The translations under genes were made by a program, and so were the position numbers. This document shows positions 1 through 8,185 of a stretch of 64,000 nucleotides of DNA, in pieces. The DNA comes from a virus: the IMG/VR virus record IMGVR_UViG_3300009093_000004, positions 7,735 through 71,734 of that record; one strand, given 5' to 3'. Each line of letters starts with the position of its first letter. The first letter of the stretch is position 1. A model generated the notes under the pieces. That model did no database searches. It was given only the letters and a program-made list of their open reading frames with translations, and was not told the origin of the DNA.

Positions 1-131
1 TCGGACGGGGACAGACCCAGGATGCGCTCATAATGGGCCACGATCGAATACTGGGAGGGCTCCAGATGGTGATCACGGACGTACCTGCGGCCCTGATGGA
101 AGGTCCCGGCGAAGATCAGTTTCTTCTTCAT
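1..131 (-). CDS. hypothetical protein, truncated at window edge (MKKKLIFAGTFHQGRRYVRDHHLEPSQYSIVAHYERILGLSPS...)
   Basis: Hand-translated; ATG overlaps the stop of the upstream gene (ATGA). Confidence 0.6.
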   Translation of the reverse strand, partial: MKKKLIFAGTFHQGRRYVRDHHLEPSQYSIVAHYERILGLSPS

Positions 132-298
132 CGACTGGCCTGATAAGCAAGGAAGGCCTCAGTAGCGGTGGCCCCATACCCAGGCGATTCTTTCCACCAG
201 TAGTACCGGCCATAGATCCCAGAGCGGCCGCGCAAGCGTAGGAAGGGCCGGTCCACGCATCTCCAGATCCCGTTCATCAGGAAGATGTGCGGCTTCAC
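128..298 (-). CDS. hypothetical protein
   Basis: GTG start overlaps the lasso gene stop (GTGA); same frame as track ORF 128..319. Confidence 0.55.
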   Translation of the reverse strand: MKPHIFLMNGIWRCVDRPFLRLRGRSGIYGRYYWWKESPGYGATATEAFLAYQASR

Positions 299-450
299 GG
301 CGGGATATGCACCCACCACCCAAAGGGCGGGACGGTCGTCTCCATGAAGTGCCCCAAGAGCATCCCCTGGGTCAGCTCCGAGGCCTTCCCAAGATCCACG
401 ATCTCTACTTCCGTCTCAGGTTTCTCGTCCATCACATCGGTCCTTGTCAT
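295..450 (-). CDS. lasso peptide precursor (proteobacterial-type leader), MTRTDVMDEKPETEVEIVDLGKASELTQ|GMLLGHFMETTVPPFGWWVHIPP
   Basis: Hand-translated, below the ORF-track cut-off. Leader DLGxASxxTx|G with Thr at -2; core Gly1 and Glu9. Coupled to both neighbours (ATGA/GTGA); alternative start at 432 has an AAGGA RBS. Confidence 0.8.
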   Translation of the reverse strand: MTRTDVMDEKPETEVEIVDLGKASELTQGMLLGHFMETTVPPFGWWVHIPP

Positions 451-587
451 AGCTTGTGCTCATGCGCCTTGTTGCGCAGCTTGTCTCCCGGATACCCGCA
501 GCGGGGACTCTTCACCCGCTTGTAGATCTGTTCCTGCGGTAGGTATGGCGGCCGAAGCTGCTCATAAGCCGTCTTCGACCCTGTCAT
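447..587 (-). CDS. small hypothetical protein (MTGSKTAYEQ...)
   Basis: AAGGA RBS before ATG at 587; frame of track ORF 447..635. Confidence 0.5.
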   Translation of the reverse strand: MTGSKTAYEQLRPPYLPQEQIYKRVKSPRCGYPGDKLRNKAHEHKL

Positions 588-851
588 AGCAATTTCCTTT
601 CTATCCACTCGGAAGACCTCGCAAGAATATTTCATTTATGTCAACCATGACGAAACTTTCTCCCCTCCTATCCCCAGTTCCGTGAAGGAATCCTCCGGGA
701 GGTCTACACCTCAAACAGTCCCGGAGGGGTTCCCCGCACTAGTGGTTGAGGGATCGCAACCTCTTTCTCAGGGACCACCGCTCCTGGGCTACGCCTTCCC
801 CATATCCTATCCCGTGTACAGATACAGGAAAAGGATTGTTTTGCGATAAAG

Positions 852-1013
852 CTAGGGGACTGGAGGGTCCAGGATCCGATCCACCTCCCTGCCCACCGCA
901 CGGTACTTGAGGCACCCACAGCAGTCATTCACTTCCTCCCGCACCCGCCGTAATAGCTCCAGCAGATACGCCCGCTCCTTCATCATCTCTTCTATGTCAA
1001 CTGCGGCGCCCAT
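852..1013 (-). CDS. small hypothetical protein with CCGC motif
   Basis: Hand-translated MGAAVDIEEMMKERAYLL...; GGGAGA RBS. Confidence 0.5.
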   Translation of the reverse strand: MGAAVDIEEMMKERAYLLELLRRVREEVNDCCGCLKYRAVGREVDRILDPPVP

Positions 1014-1233
1014 TCTCCCTTCCTATATGCAGCTCCCACTCCCCACCAATCTTCTCCCATAGATCCAAGAGAGTGTCCGTACGGGCCTCCCACGCCCCAG
1101 ACAGCAACGATGAAAAGTTCGACTTGCGCAGCCCCATCCGCCGCGCCGCCTCAGCCTGCGTAATCCCCTCCTCCCGGATCCACTCCCTGATCCCTCGCAA
1201 AACCTCCCCTCTTATCCGTTCACGTGATCTCAT
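997..1233 (-). CDS. XRE-family helix-turn-helix regulator
   Basis: GITQAEAARRMGLRKSNFSSLLSG is a typical HTH_3/HTH_37 pattern. Confidence 0.85.
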   Translation of the reverse strand: MRSRERIRGEVLRGIREWIREEGITQAEAARRMGLRKSNFSSLLSGAWEARTDTLLDLWEKIGGEWELHIGRENGRRS

Positions 1234-1506
1234 TCTGGGAATTATATATCAATGTACCCCACGGGACAGGGTCCCATCAGAGGGGGGTGTCCGGGGGATT
1301 CCTAGACAGGGTCGGGGTGGGATGGATAGGGAGATGGAGGGGTGGATTAGATGGACAGGTGAAGGGGTGGTGCGTCGATGGGACCCGAGAGCCTCCGGCG
1401 CGAACCGCTCCCCCCCGGTGGGGGTCGGTCCACCCTGCCCAGGTCGATCTATAGGACCGATGGATATAGACCTAATCCTGATCGATTAGAACACGAAGTT
1501 CATATA

Positions 1507-1519
1507 GATCAATAAGTTA
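1507..1519 (+). promoter_or_regulatory. IHF-binding-site-like element
   Basis: GATCAATAAGTTA vs WATCAANNNNTTR (one mismatch); abuts the dif-like site. Confidence 0.5.
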
Positions 1520-1521
1520 CG

Positions 1522-1549
1522 ATATGACATAAGATGCATTATGCGCAGT
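1522..1549 (-). other. dif: XerCD dif-like recombination site
   Basis: Minus strand ACTGCGCATAA-TGCATC-TTATGTCATAT vs E. coli dif GGTGCGCATAA-TGTATA-TTATGTTAAAT; 11-6-11 layout, 22/28 identical; intergenic AT-rich patch. Confidence 0.85.
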
Positions 1550-1713
1550 TAGGTCCGATCCTTGATGCTTAGGGTCGGTCCGATCGGTAGGGCCGGACCC
1601 TCCACGGAGGGGAGGCGATCCCCCTAGGTACTGTTCCTGTCCATCCCTGCGATGTAGATCCTGTACGATCCTATCGGTCCTATCCTTGATCCTACCGACC
1701 CGACCGACCGACC

Positions 1714-2142
1714 CTATCGAGCGATCCGATCCAATCTGTTGAGGAGTCTTTGGAGAGCTGAGGCGGCTTCGAGGGCTTCTTTGCGGGCTTCACGACAGTC
1801 CATTGCTAGATGGTCTAGGGTTGCTATCCAGGGTCTGAGATCGGTCCTTAATCTTCTGAGCTTGAGAGCATGGGCGTTGCCCGTAGACGGGCCGGGCCGC
1901 TCCACCTTCGCTGTTCGCTCATCCCGCCTTGCGGGACTTGCGGGTTGCGCGTCCCTAACGCGATCTAGAGTTGTGGCTTCATAGGACGGGCCTGGGGGCA
2001 TCGGTAGATCACTCTTGATCGCCAACGAGGCATGGTCCCGTTCAATCTTCGGCCAGGCCGCGTCCGAACAGTCCCGGCAGCTACGGCTCAAAGACACCCC
2101 ATGGATACAGGCCAAGATCCCCAGCCGCTCGTGCATGGTCAT
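1714..2142 (-). CDS. hypothetical protein with N-terminal CxH...CxxC motif
   Basis: ORF track; AAGGAGG RBS upstream. Confidence 0.65.
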   Translation of the reverse strand: MTMHERLGILACIHGVSLSRSCRDCSDAAWPKIERDHASLAIKSDLPMPPGPSYEATTLDRVRDAQPASPARRDERTAKVERPGPSTGNAHALKLRRLRTDLRPWIATLDHLAMDCREARKEALEAASALQRLLNRLDRIAR

Positions 2143-2293
2143 AGAAACCCTCCTTACTCTCGTTCGTTATTGCCCCATCAGCGGCCGTCTTATCCAGCCC
2201 CTGTCAACCCTTTGTCAATCCCCTCCGATCCTTAAGAATTGTCAAGACCTTTATAGTCAGTGACTTACGTCACATCATCCGGTCAATATCCTC

Positions 2294-2321
2294 TTGACTC
2301 TGAACCTGTACATGATACCTT
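2294..2321 (+). promoter_or_regulatory. sigma70-like early promoter
   Basis: TTGACT-N16-TACCTT with CTGTACA in the spacer, upstream of the early operon. Confidence 0.6.
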
Positions 2322-2365
2322 AGTGCCTCGGTTGACATACACACCCCGCATAGGAAGTAAGCACC

Positions 2366-2503
2366 ATGCACATCTCCATTCGAGTCCGCTTTGCGGTCTG
2401 GTCCTACCTGAGCCAGATTGCCCGTACATCGCCCGTGGCTCGTCCTGAGCGCTTGGCTACTGCCTGGTCGTTCCGGATGGCGCGCTTTCACGTTCCGTTT
2501 TAG
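2366..2503 (+). CDS. small early protein (MHISIRVRFAVW...)
   Basis: Hand-translated; TAGGAAGTAAGCACC-ATG initiation region resembles those of neighbours. Confidence 0.5.
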   Translation: MHISIRVRFAVWSYLSQIARTSPVARPERLATAWSFRMARFHVPF

Positions 2504-2514
2504 GAGCTACGGCC

Positions 2515-2952
2515 ATGAAATACCTCCTCGTCCCTGGTCAATGGCTCGCTGCGTGTGGCCATGGGGATCAAGACCGCACCTTTCGCGTCCGCCATATCGA
2601 GAGGAAGCGCCCTGATGGCTCACGCGATTTCGTCACCGTCGATAGGGACGGCCATACATGGGTTATAGACAAAGCGATTCGTGGCGCCACCTACCTAGCT
2701 CAGCCTCCCAAGCTCACTGAGCAAGACATGCTCGTTGCTGGGGGCGATGCCGCAGATGCCATCATTCACGTCACGAGCCACGCTCGTTATCCCATGGGAC
2801 TGATCGTGAGCAATGCCGTGATGGCCGAACGTGACTACGCCCGCATGCTCAAACTCACCCAGAAGATGGACCGCTCACCCGTCTATATGTCCTCAGACCG
2901 ATCCCAGGGCTATTACCACTGCATCGCCTCTTACGCCTCCTACAACAACTAG
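2515..2952 (+). CDS. early hypothetical protein
   Basis: ORF track; AGGAG RBS. Confidence 0.7.
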   Translation: MKYLLVPGQWLAACGHGDQDRTFRVRHIERKRPDGSRDFVTVDRDGHTWVIDKAIRGATYLAQPPKLTEQDMLVAGGDAADAIIHVTSHARYPMGLIVSNAVMAERDYARMLKLTQKMDRSPVYMSSDRSQGYYHCIASYASYNN

Positions 2953-2963
2953 GGACTTTCCCC

Positions 2964-3152
2964 ATGAAGATCCAAACCCTTGTCCTCGCCATTGATCTGA
3001 AAGCGGGCCAGACCCTGGATTACCCCTACCCCTGGGATGAGTACATCTACTCGGTGGACCAGATGAACGATGGTCAAGTGCGGGTCCGTTACGGCCAGGA
3101 TGGCTCAGGAACTCGCTTCTTCGAGCCTGCCGAACAAGTGCCTGTCCGTTGA
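2964..3152 (+). CDS. early hypothetical protein
   Basis: ORF track; operon context. Confidence 0.6.
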   Translation: MKIQTLVLAIDLKAGQTLDYPYPWDEYIYSVDQMNDGQVRVRYGQDGSGTRFFEPAEQVPVR

Positions 3153-3182
3153 TACCGTCAATTCCTATAGGAGCTATGCACC

Positions 3183-3437
3183 ATGAGCCCAACAACCGAT
3201 GAATCGACCGGCCAAGTAGATCGTATGGCAGAGACCCTGGAGGACTTGGTCGATACCTACGGCCTTGAGGATCTTCTTAAGGCACTGGGTGTTACTTGCC
3301 GTGACAAGGCTGAGCACCTGCGCACCAATTGGCAGGACAAGGACGCGTCTAAATGCTGGGAGGTAGCTGGCAATAAGCTCACCAAGCTGGCCACGACTCC
3401 CGCGATCCTCAATACCTGGCCGTTCCGTTCATTCTAA
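3183..3437 (+). CDS. early hypothetical phage protein
   Basis: ORF track; AGGAG RBS. Confidence 0.7.
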   Translation: MSPTTDESTGQVDRMAETLEDLVDTYGLEDLLKALGVTCRDKAEHLRTNWQDKDASKCWEVAGNKLTKLATTPAILNTWPFRSF

Positions 3438-3451
3438 TTAGGAGCACCCCT

Positions 3452-3664
3452 ATGCCTCAGACTAATCTGACAAGCCTGCAGCTCTCGGTTGCGCAAACAT
3501 TGCGACGCTATAGGCCCGCGGTCATGCCAGGCACCAACGCCATCATCGACATGCGGGAGCAGGCCGCCTGGTACGACGTAGTCAACGCCTGTGTCAAAGG
3601 ACTGGAGGTAGAACCGCCTCATTCTCTGCATGAATTCTGCAACATTGCTGGCGTTCCAGACTAA
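3452..3664 (+). CDS. early hypothetical protein
   Basis: ORF track; AGGAG RBS. Confidence 0.7.
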   Translation: MPQTNLTSLQLSVAQTLRRYRPAVMPGTNAIIDMREQAAWYDVVNACVKGLEVEPPHSLHEFCNIAGVPD

Positions 3665-3696
3665 ACGCACTTCACAACACACAGGAGATACGTACC

Positions 3697-3867
3697 GTGG
3701 ACTACACCCGCAAACTGATCGAGAAGAAACGCGACCTTGAGCGTGCTCAGGCCCGCGCGGTCAAGATTGCCTTCCATGCCTTGCCCCCGGCGCATGCCAA
3801 ACACTGCCAGTGCGACCGCTGCAAGCGTCCCTTGGCCCATGCCATCCTCGCTACTGGCCCGCTGTAG
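3697..3867 (+). CDS. small protein with HxxHCxCxxC putative metal-binding motif
   Basis: Hand-translated from GTG after AGGAGATACGTACC. Confidence 0.6.
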   Translation: MDYTRKLIEKKRDLERAQARAVKIAFHALPPAHAKHCQCDRCKRPLAHAILATGPL

Positions 3868-3876
3868 GAGTTAGCC

Positions 3877-4188
3877 ATGCCTAAGTACTCCATTCTCGTT
3901 ACCACCCTCCCTGAACGCGGTAAGACCCTGGAGATCGATGCCGAGAGCATCACTAAAGCTGCTCACCTTGTGAATGCGGCTCAGGATCTCTTCAACGCGC
4001 TCAACGCGGTGTATCACTCCAACCTGATCGATGGCGACTCGACTCTCATGCGCCAAGCCACTCGCGCCCTTTCGAAAGCCAGGGGCGATAGCCCTAAGCC
4101 AAAAGTCTGCCCCACCTGCGGCTCAGACTCTAAGCAAGGCTGCGCAGAGTCCGACTGTGAGAATGACTGGACCGAGTTTTGGGCCTGA
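3877..4188 (+). CDS. hypothetical protein with C-terminal CxxC/Cys cluster
   Basis: ORF track; AGGAG RBS. Confidence 0.7.
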   Translation: MPKYSILVTTLPERGKTLEIDAESITKAAHLVNAAQDLFNALNAVYHSNLIDGDSTLMRQATRALSKARGDSPKPKVCPTCGSDSKQGCAESDCENDWTEFWA

Positions 4189-4263
4189 CGTTTGAGCGGA
4201 TAGGTCCGCCCCTTGCGGGCCTATCCCTGAACCGTCCGCAACAACCGATAGGAGATAAGCACC

Positions 4264-5424
4264 ATGTCCGTACCTTCAACCGTTCTCACCCAGGCTTCCC
4301 GTCAATGGGCCACTCGTCCCGCCGATCAGCGGTTCGCCTCGCTCCTGACCCTGCAGTCCTTCGTGAATAACGTCTATAGCGCGAGCAAAGAGAAGGTCCT
4401 CCCCTCGCGCGCCATCCTGGCCCAACCCGATCCCACGGATAACTTCAAGGGCCTTCAGATCGTCGGGCCCAATGGTGGACCGGTCAATGCAACCCATTGG
4501 TCCTTTGGCCAGCTGGCGGGCCTGGCTGGGGCTCCTGCAGGGTATCTACGCAGCCTCCCGGCGCCCTTGGCGGCTGACAACCTGAACTACGGCATACAGC
4601 TGGCTCGTGATGTGAAGGACATAGGCGTCCTGCTTTACAAGAACGGCGGTCCTGCGGAGCTACGTGCGGCCACAGGCCCCAATTACGGACGCATCTGGAA
4701 CCGGGATATCGTGAATGTGCTCGTAGACCGCTGCGGCGATGGTCTGACGGGCGATTTCCGCGTGCCACGGGAATTCGGCAAAGCGGTCACCGTCACCAAG
4801 GACAACACGACGCTTTTCGCCTCCGATCGCGACATGTTCGTATTCCTGGCCGATGAGGAGCATCGCATCGAGATCCCCAATCGGCGTAACGGCCAGTCCG
4901 GCTCACTCGCGCGTGGCTTCTTCATCTGGAATTCGGAAGTCGGCGCTTCCACCTTCGGCATCGCGCTCTTCCTGTTCGATTACGTGTGCTGCAATCGCAT
5001 CGTGTGGGGCGCACAGGAGTATCAGGAGATCAGGGTACGTCACACTGCCAGTGCGGGTGTACACCTTCGTGAGCGTGTGTTGCCTGCACTCGACTCCTAC
5101 TCGCGGTCCTCTACTGTCGGCGTACAGCAAGCCATCGCTGCGGCCCAGGAGAAAAAAATCGATGACCTGGAGAAGTTCCTGGCCAATCGCAATTTCAACA
5201 AAGCACAGATTAAGGCGATCAACGCGACACACCTGGAAGAAGAAGGCCGGCCCATCGAAACCCTGTGGGATGCGACTACGGCGGTGACGGCCTACGCGCG
5301 CGGCATCCAGCATCAGGATGAGCGCGTGAAGCTCGAACGGGAAGGGGGAAAGATTCTACAGCTCACCAGCAAGGGGAAGTTTGCTCTTCCCAAACTGGAC
5401 CAGGCGTTGCTGTCGGATGAGTGA
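4264..5424 (+). CDS. DUF932-like phage/plasmid protein
   Basis: 386 aa with GFFIWNSEVG and YVCCNRIVWG...RVRHT motifs typical of DUF932/DUF945. Confidence 0.75.
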   Translation: MSVPSTVLTQASRQWATRPADQRFASLLTLQSFVNNVYSASKEKVLPSRAILAQPDPTDNFKGLQIVGPNGGPVNATHWSFGQLAGLAGAPAGYLRSLPAPLAADNLNYGIQLARDVKDIGVLLYKNGGPAELRAATGPNYGRIWNRDIVNVLVDRCGDGLTGDFRVPREFGKAVTVTKDNTTLFASDRDMFVFLADEEHRIEIPNRRNGQSGSLARGFFIWNSEVGASTFGIALFLFDYVCCNRIVWGAQEYQEIRVRHTASAGVHLRERVLPALDSYSRSSTVGVQQAIAAAQEKKIDDLEKFLANRNFNKAQIKAINATHLEEEGRPIETLWDATTAVTAYARGIQHQDERVKLEREGGKILQLTSKGKFALPKLDQALLSDE

Positions 5425-5507
5425 TCGATAGACTCATTAGGGGCCGTTCGCTCCAGGAGCGGCCCCGCGTGGCTTCTATCCATATATCCACCAAGGAGAT
5501 ACGTACC

Positions 5508-5933
5508 GTGAAGACTAAGACTATCGCTCATACTCAGGTTGTCGGCCTTATTAACAAGGCATGGACCACACTGGAGTTTCTCGACAACATAACACTAGAT
5601 CCCGTGCTGACACGTTGCTATGACATGGCGCTCGCAGGAGAGCGACAACACAGGAGGGGCCTGGAAGGACAATACAAAGTAGCGGCGCATGTTGCGGCGC
5701 GTATGCACGTCGTTCGTTGGCTCGTACACTACTCCACTCCTGGCGTGCGAGCGCCTACGTGTGCCGCAATGCTTTTCATGCGTAACGATATCTCACTTGC
5801 GGCCATGATCGCGGTGAACTATGCCCCGCGTATCAGAGAAGCGCTGAAGCAGGAAGGGCTACCGATCAAGCGGATCCAGGCTATTGACTACGTCAAGTTG
5901 ATAGAGGCTTGTCCTCAGGCATTACCGGAGTGA
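5508..5933 (+). CDS. hypothetical protein
   Basis: GTG start after AGGAGATACGTACC; frame of track ORF 5421..5933. Confidence 0.7.
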   Translation: MKTKTIAHTQVVGLINKAWTTLEFLDNITLDPVLTRCYDMALAGERQHRRGLEGQYKVAAHVAARMHVVRWLVHYSTPGVRAPTCAAMLFMRNDISLAAMIAVNYAPRIREALKQEGLPIKRIQAIDYVKLIEACPQALPE

Positions 5934-6083
5934 ACATGATGCTCATCCTACAAATCGCCGCTGGCGTGTTCCTCGGAGGGTTCGCGCTAATCATGGTGCT
6001 GGGATGGTTGGAGCTACACTCATGATGTTCAGTCTTATGACACAAGCGTTACGTTATGTCGAAGAGTGGAGGCCAAAGCCCGC

Positions 6084-6111
6084 TTGTAATCCCCCCCTGT
6101 CTCTGTACACT
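6084..6111 (+). promoter_or_regulatory. sigma70-like promoter
   Basis: TTGTAA-N16-TACACT, overlapping CTGTCTCTGTACAC. Confidence 0.6.
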
Positions 6112-6147
6112 TGAGATGTCTACTACTTTGCCTTATAGGAGGAACCC

Positions 6148-6630
6148 ATGGAATCACTTGAAGAAACCACCGCACAACCTATTTATACCACTGCTCACGA
6201 GCGAGCGGTGCTCCTGGCCGCTATTCGTCAGTTTGTGGACCAACGTCCCAACCTACGCCGGGACATGTACGAAAACATGGCCGCCCTGTGGAGGATCCAG
6301 CGCATGCTATCCAAACACAAGAACCACGCCGAGAAAATGTTGCGTTACATCGAGAACGACTCAGGGGTAACGCTGCAGGATCTATTGCAGGCTTTCCACA
6401 AGGAACAAAGCCATCTTTCAGTGTTCATCCAGGGGGCTCACGGCGGACCGAAAGTCAGCCTCGCACCGAAAGAAGGCAAACACGGTCCGTGGTATCGGAA
6501 GTATGTCTGCGAAGTCTTAGCTGACGCTATCTGGACGGACTTCTACAGCACGAGCCGCCCCGACCCGCGTAAGCATCTTGGGAGGCTCCTGGGAGCCAAC
6601 GTGGTGCGCCATTGGTTCCCGCACGCATGA
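6148..6630 (+). CDS. hypothetical protein
   Basis: ORF track; AGGAGG RBS. Confidence 0.75.
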   Translation: MESLEETTAQPIYTTAHERAVLLAAIRQFVDQRPNLRRDMYENMAALWRIQRMLSKHKNHAEKMLRYIENDSGVTLQDLLQAFHKEQSHLSVFIQGAHGGPKVSLAPKEGKHGPWYRKYVCEVLADAIWTDFYSTSRPDPRKHLGRLLGANVVRHWFPHA

Positions 6631-6839
6631 GCGGCTGGGTTCATTTCCGCTGGACGGCATCCCTGTATGAGCGCACGGCTGCTTGCATGCGCAAAGCAAT
6701 GCCTGCCTCTTATGAGCATGGTAGCGCGTACCTGACACAGCAGTGGCGCGCGGATTGCAACGCATTAGCGGATATGTTCAAGGAAAACGCGCCATCGTTC
6801 GATCGGGAGCGCTTCTTAAAGGACTGCGGAGTGAAGTGA
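6627..6839 (+). CDS. small phage protein (FxxxxPxFDxxRFxxxC motif)
   Basis: ATGA-coupled start; C-terminal FKENAPSFDRERFLKDCG motif common in phage early proteins. Confidence 0.65.
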   Translation: MSGWVHFRWTASLYERTAACMRKAMPASYEHGSAYLTQQWRADCNALADMFKENAPSFDRERFLKDCGVK

Positions 6840-7015
6840 TGCGGCTGTATCGCTACATGGTTAGATACCATGGCGATCACCATGTGATCGAGTATGAAAT
6901 CTACATACATGACATCGATGTGACCATTCGGAAACGTTCCAACGAGAACACTTACGGCTGTACTTTTATATTGATAGGCGAAGTCGATTATTTCGAAGTA
7001 AACGAAGTGAACTAA
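6839..7015 (+). CDS. small hypothetical protein
   Basis: TGATG-coupled start. Confidence 0.5.
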   Translation: MRLYRYMVRYHGDHHVIEYEIYIHDIDVTIRKRSNENTYGCTFILIGEVDYFEVNEVN

Positions 7016-7030
7016 CGGGAGGACCAGCCA

Positions 7031-7282
7031 ATGAACCTATGCCAGATGACAACGCCCCAGACCATCGCCTACATCAACATGTGGGCCATCACCGCGACCG
7101 TGATCGCCACCTCGGTGATTACCGGCTGTCTGTATCGCATCACACAAGGGGCGGTGCGAGAGGAACTCGCCTATACCAAGGGCTACGAGGCAGCCATGCG
7201 CGAGCACGCCCCACGTATCGACCGACATCTCATGCTGGGGCTGTCTGGGTACGATGCGCGGGAAGAAATCCCCTCCGCATGA
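7031..7282 (+). CDS. small membrane protein
   Basis: GGAGG RBS; one hydrophobic segment. Confidence 0.6.
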   Translation: MNLCQMTTPQTIAYINMWAITATVIATSVITGCLYRITQGAVREELAYTKGYEAAMREHAPRIDRHLMLGLSGYDAREEIPSA

Positions 7283-7434
7283 ACTGGTGGAAGCACTACA
7301 ACAGGCGGACAGGGGAGCCACGAGTGGAGCCTATCCGGCATCTGTCTACCAATCTACGAGCCTTACAGCGCCTCATGCGCAGACGGCCCAAGTGGAAGAA
7401 GTGGCTGAAGCGCAACAAAGGGGGCTGGAAGTGA
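7279..7434 (+). CDS. small basic protein
   Basis: ATGA-coupled start; frame of track ORF 7039..7434. Confidence 0.5.
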   Translation: MNWWKHYNRRTGEPRVEPIRHLSTNLRALQRLMRRRPKWKKWLKRNKGGWK

Positions 7435-7718
7435 GCTTCGTGATCAAAATCATCACTTCAGCCAAAGGCATACGGACTCCCGGTGACGGCCAGTACGTTG
7501 TCGAGTATGTACCGGCCCCCATGAGCCCCCAAGGCGACTACCTTCCTGGCGGGAAGCTCGTGACCACCCCGGACATCGACAAGGCCAAGACCTTTGCGAC
7601 CCCCTTTGAGGCGTACCAGTACTACCGTCAGTCCAATGGCTTACGCCCCGATGGTAAGCCTAATCGCCCCCTTACTGCCTGGCACTGCGAGTTCGCTCGC
7701 AAGGAGAAAACGAAGTGA
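7431..7718 (+). CDS. hypothetical phage protein (RPDGKPNRPLTAW motif)
   Basis: GTGA-coupled start. Confidence 0.6.
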   Translation: MSFVIKIITSAKGIRTPGDGQYVVEYVPAPMSPQGDYLPGGKLVTTPDIDKAKTFATPFEAYQYYRQSNGLRPDGKPNRPLTAWHCEFARKEKTK

Positions 7719-8185
7719 AAGTCATTGTCTGTGGGGGCCGTAACTACGGCAGACTACAAAAAGTAGTCACGCATGAGGACTTTGATCCCGCAATCGAGGC
7801 GCTAAAAGAGAAGCGGTTCCTGAGCGAGAAACTCGCTGGCCTCTACGTGCAGTATGGTTTCACCCATGTGATTCATGGAGATGCCAACGGGGCGGATACC
7901 CTAGCCGGGGAATGGGCGGAGTCCATGGGGTTGCCGGTGGTCAAGGTCCCTGCGGCCTGGGACTTCTATGGCAATTCTGCAGGCATTAGGCGCAACATCT
8001 GGATGTTGGCCCTACTGGGGAAAGATGACATGGTCATTGCCTTCCCAGGAGGACGTGGAACCCAGGACATGGTGGCCAGGGCCAAGAGTGCGAAAATACG
8101 CGTGATCGAGGTAAACCCGAATGCTGCAGTGGCTCCGAAAGAAGATTCGACAGTGGGATACCCTGGCCGTGCTCAAGTGGATTGA
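7715..8185 (+). CDS. SLOG-family (DUF2493/YspA-like) protein
   Basis: VIVCGGR...HGDANGAD...AGIRRN...AFPGGRGT. Confidence 0.85.
   Translation: MKVIVCGGRNYGRLQKVVTHEDFDPAIEALKEKRFLSEKLAGLYVQYGFTHVIHGDANGADTLAGEWAESMGLPVVKVPAAWDFYGNSAGIRRNIWMLALLGKDDMVIAFPGGRGTQDMVARAKSAKIRVIEVNPNAAVAPKEDSTVGYPGRAQVD

Noticed and set aside
1690-1735. CRISPR mini-array
   Set aside because: Only 4-5-nt micro-repeats; no repeat-spacer periodicity seen anywhere in the window
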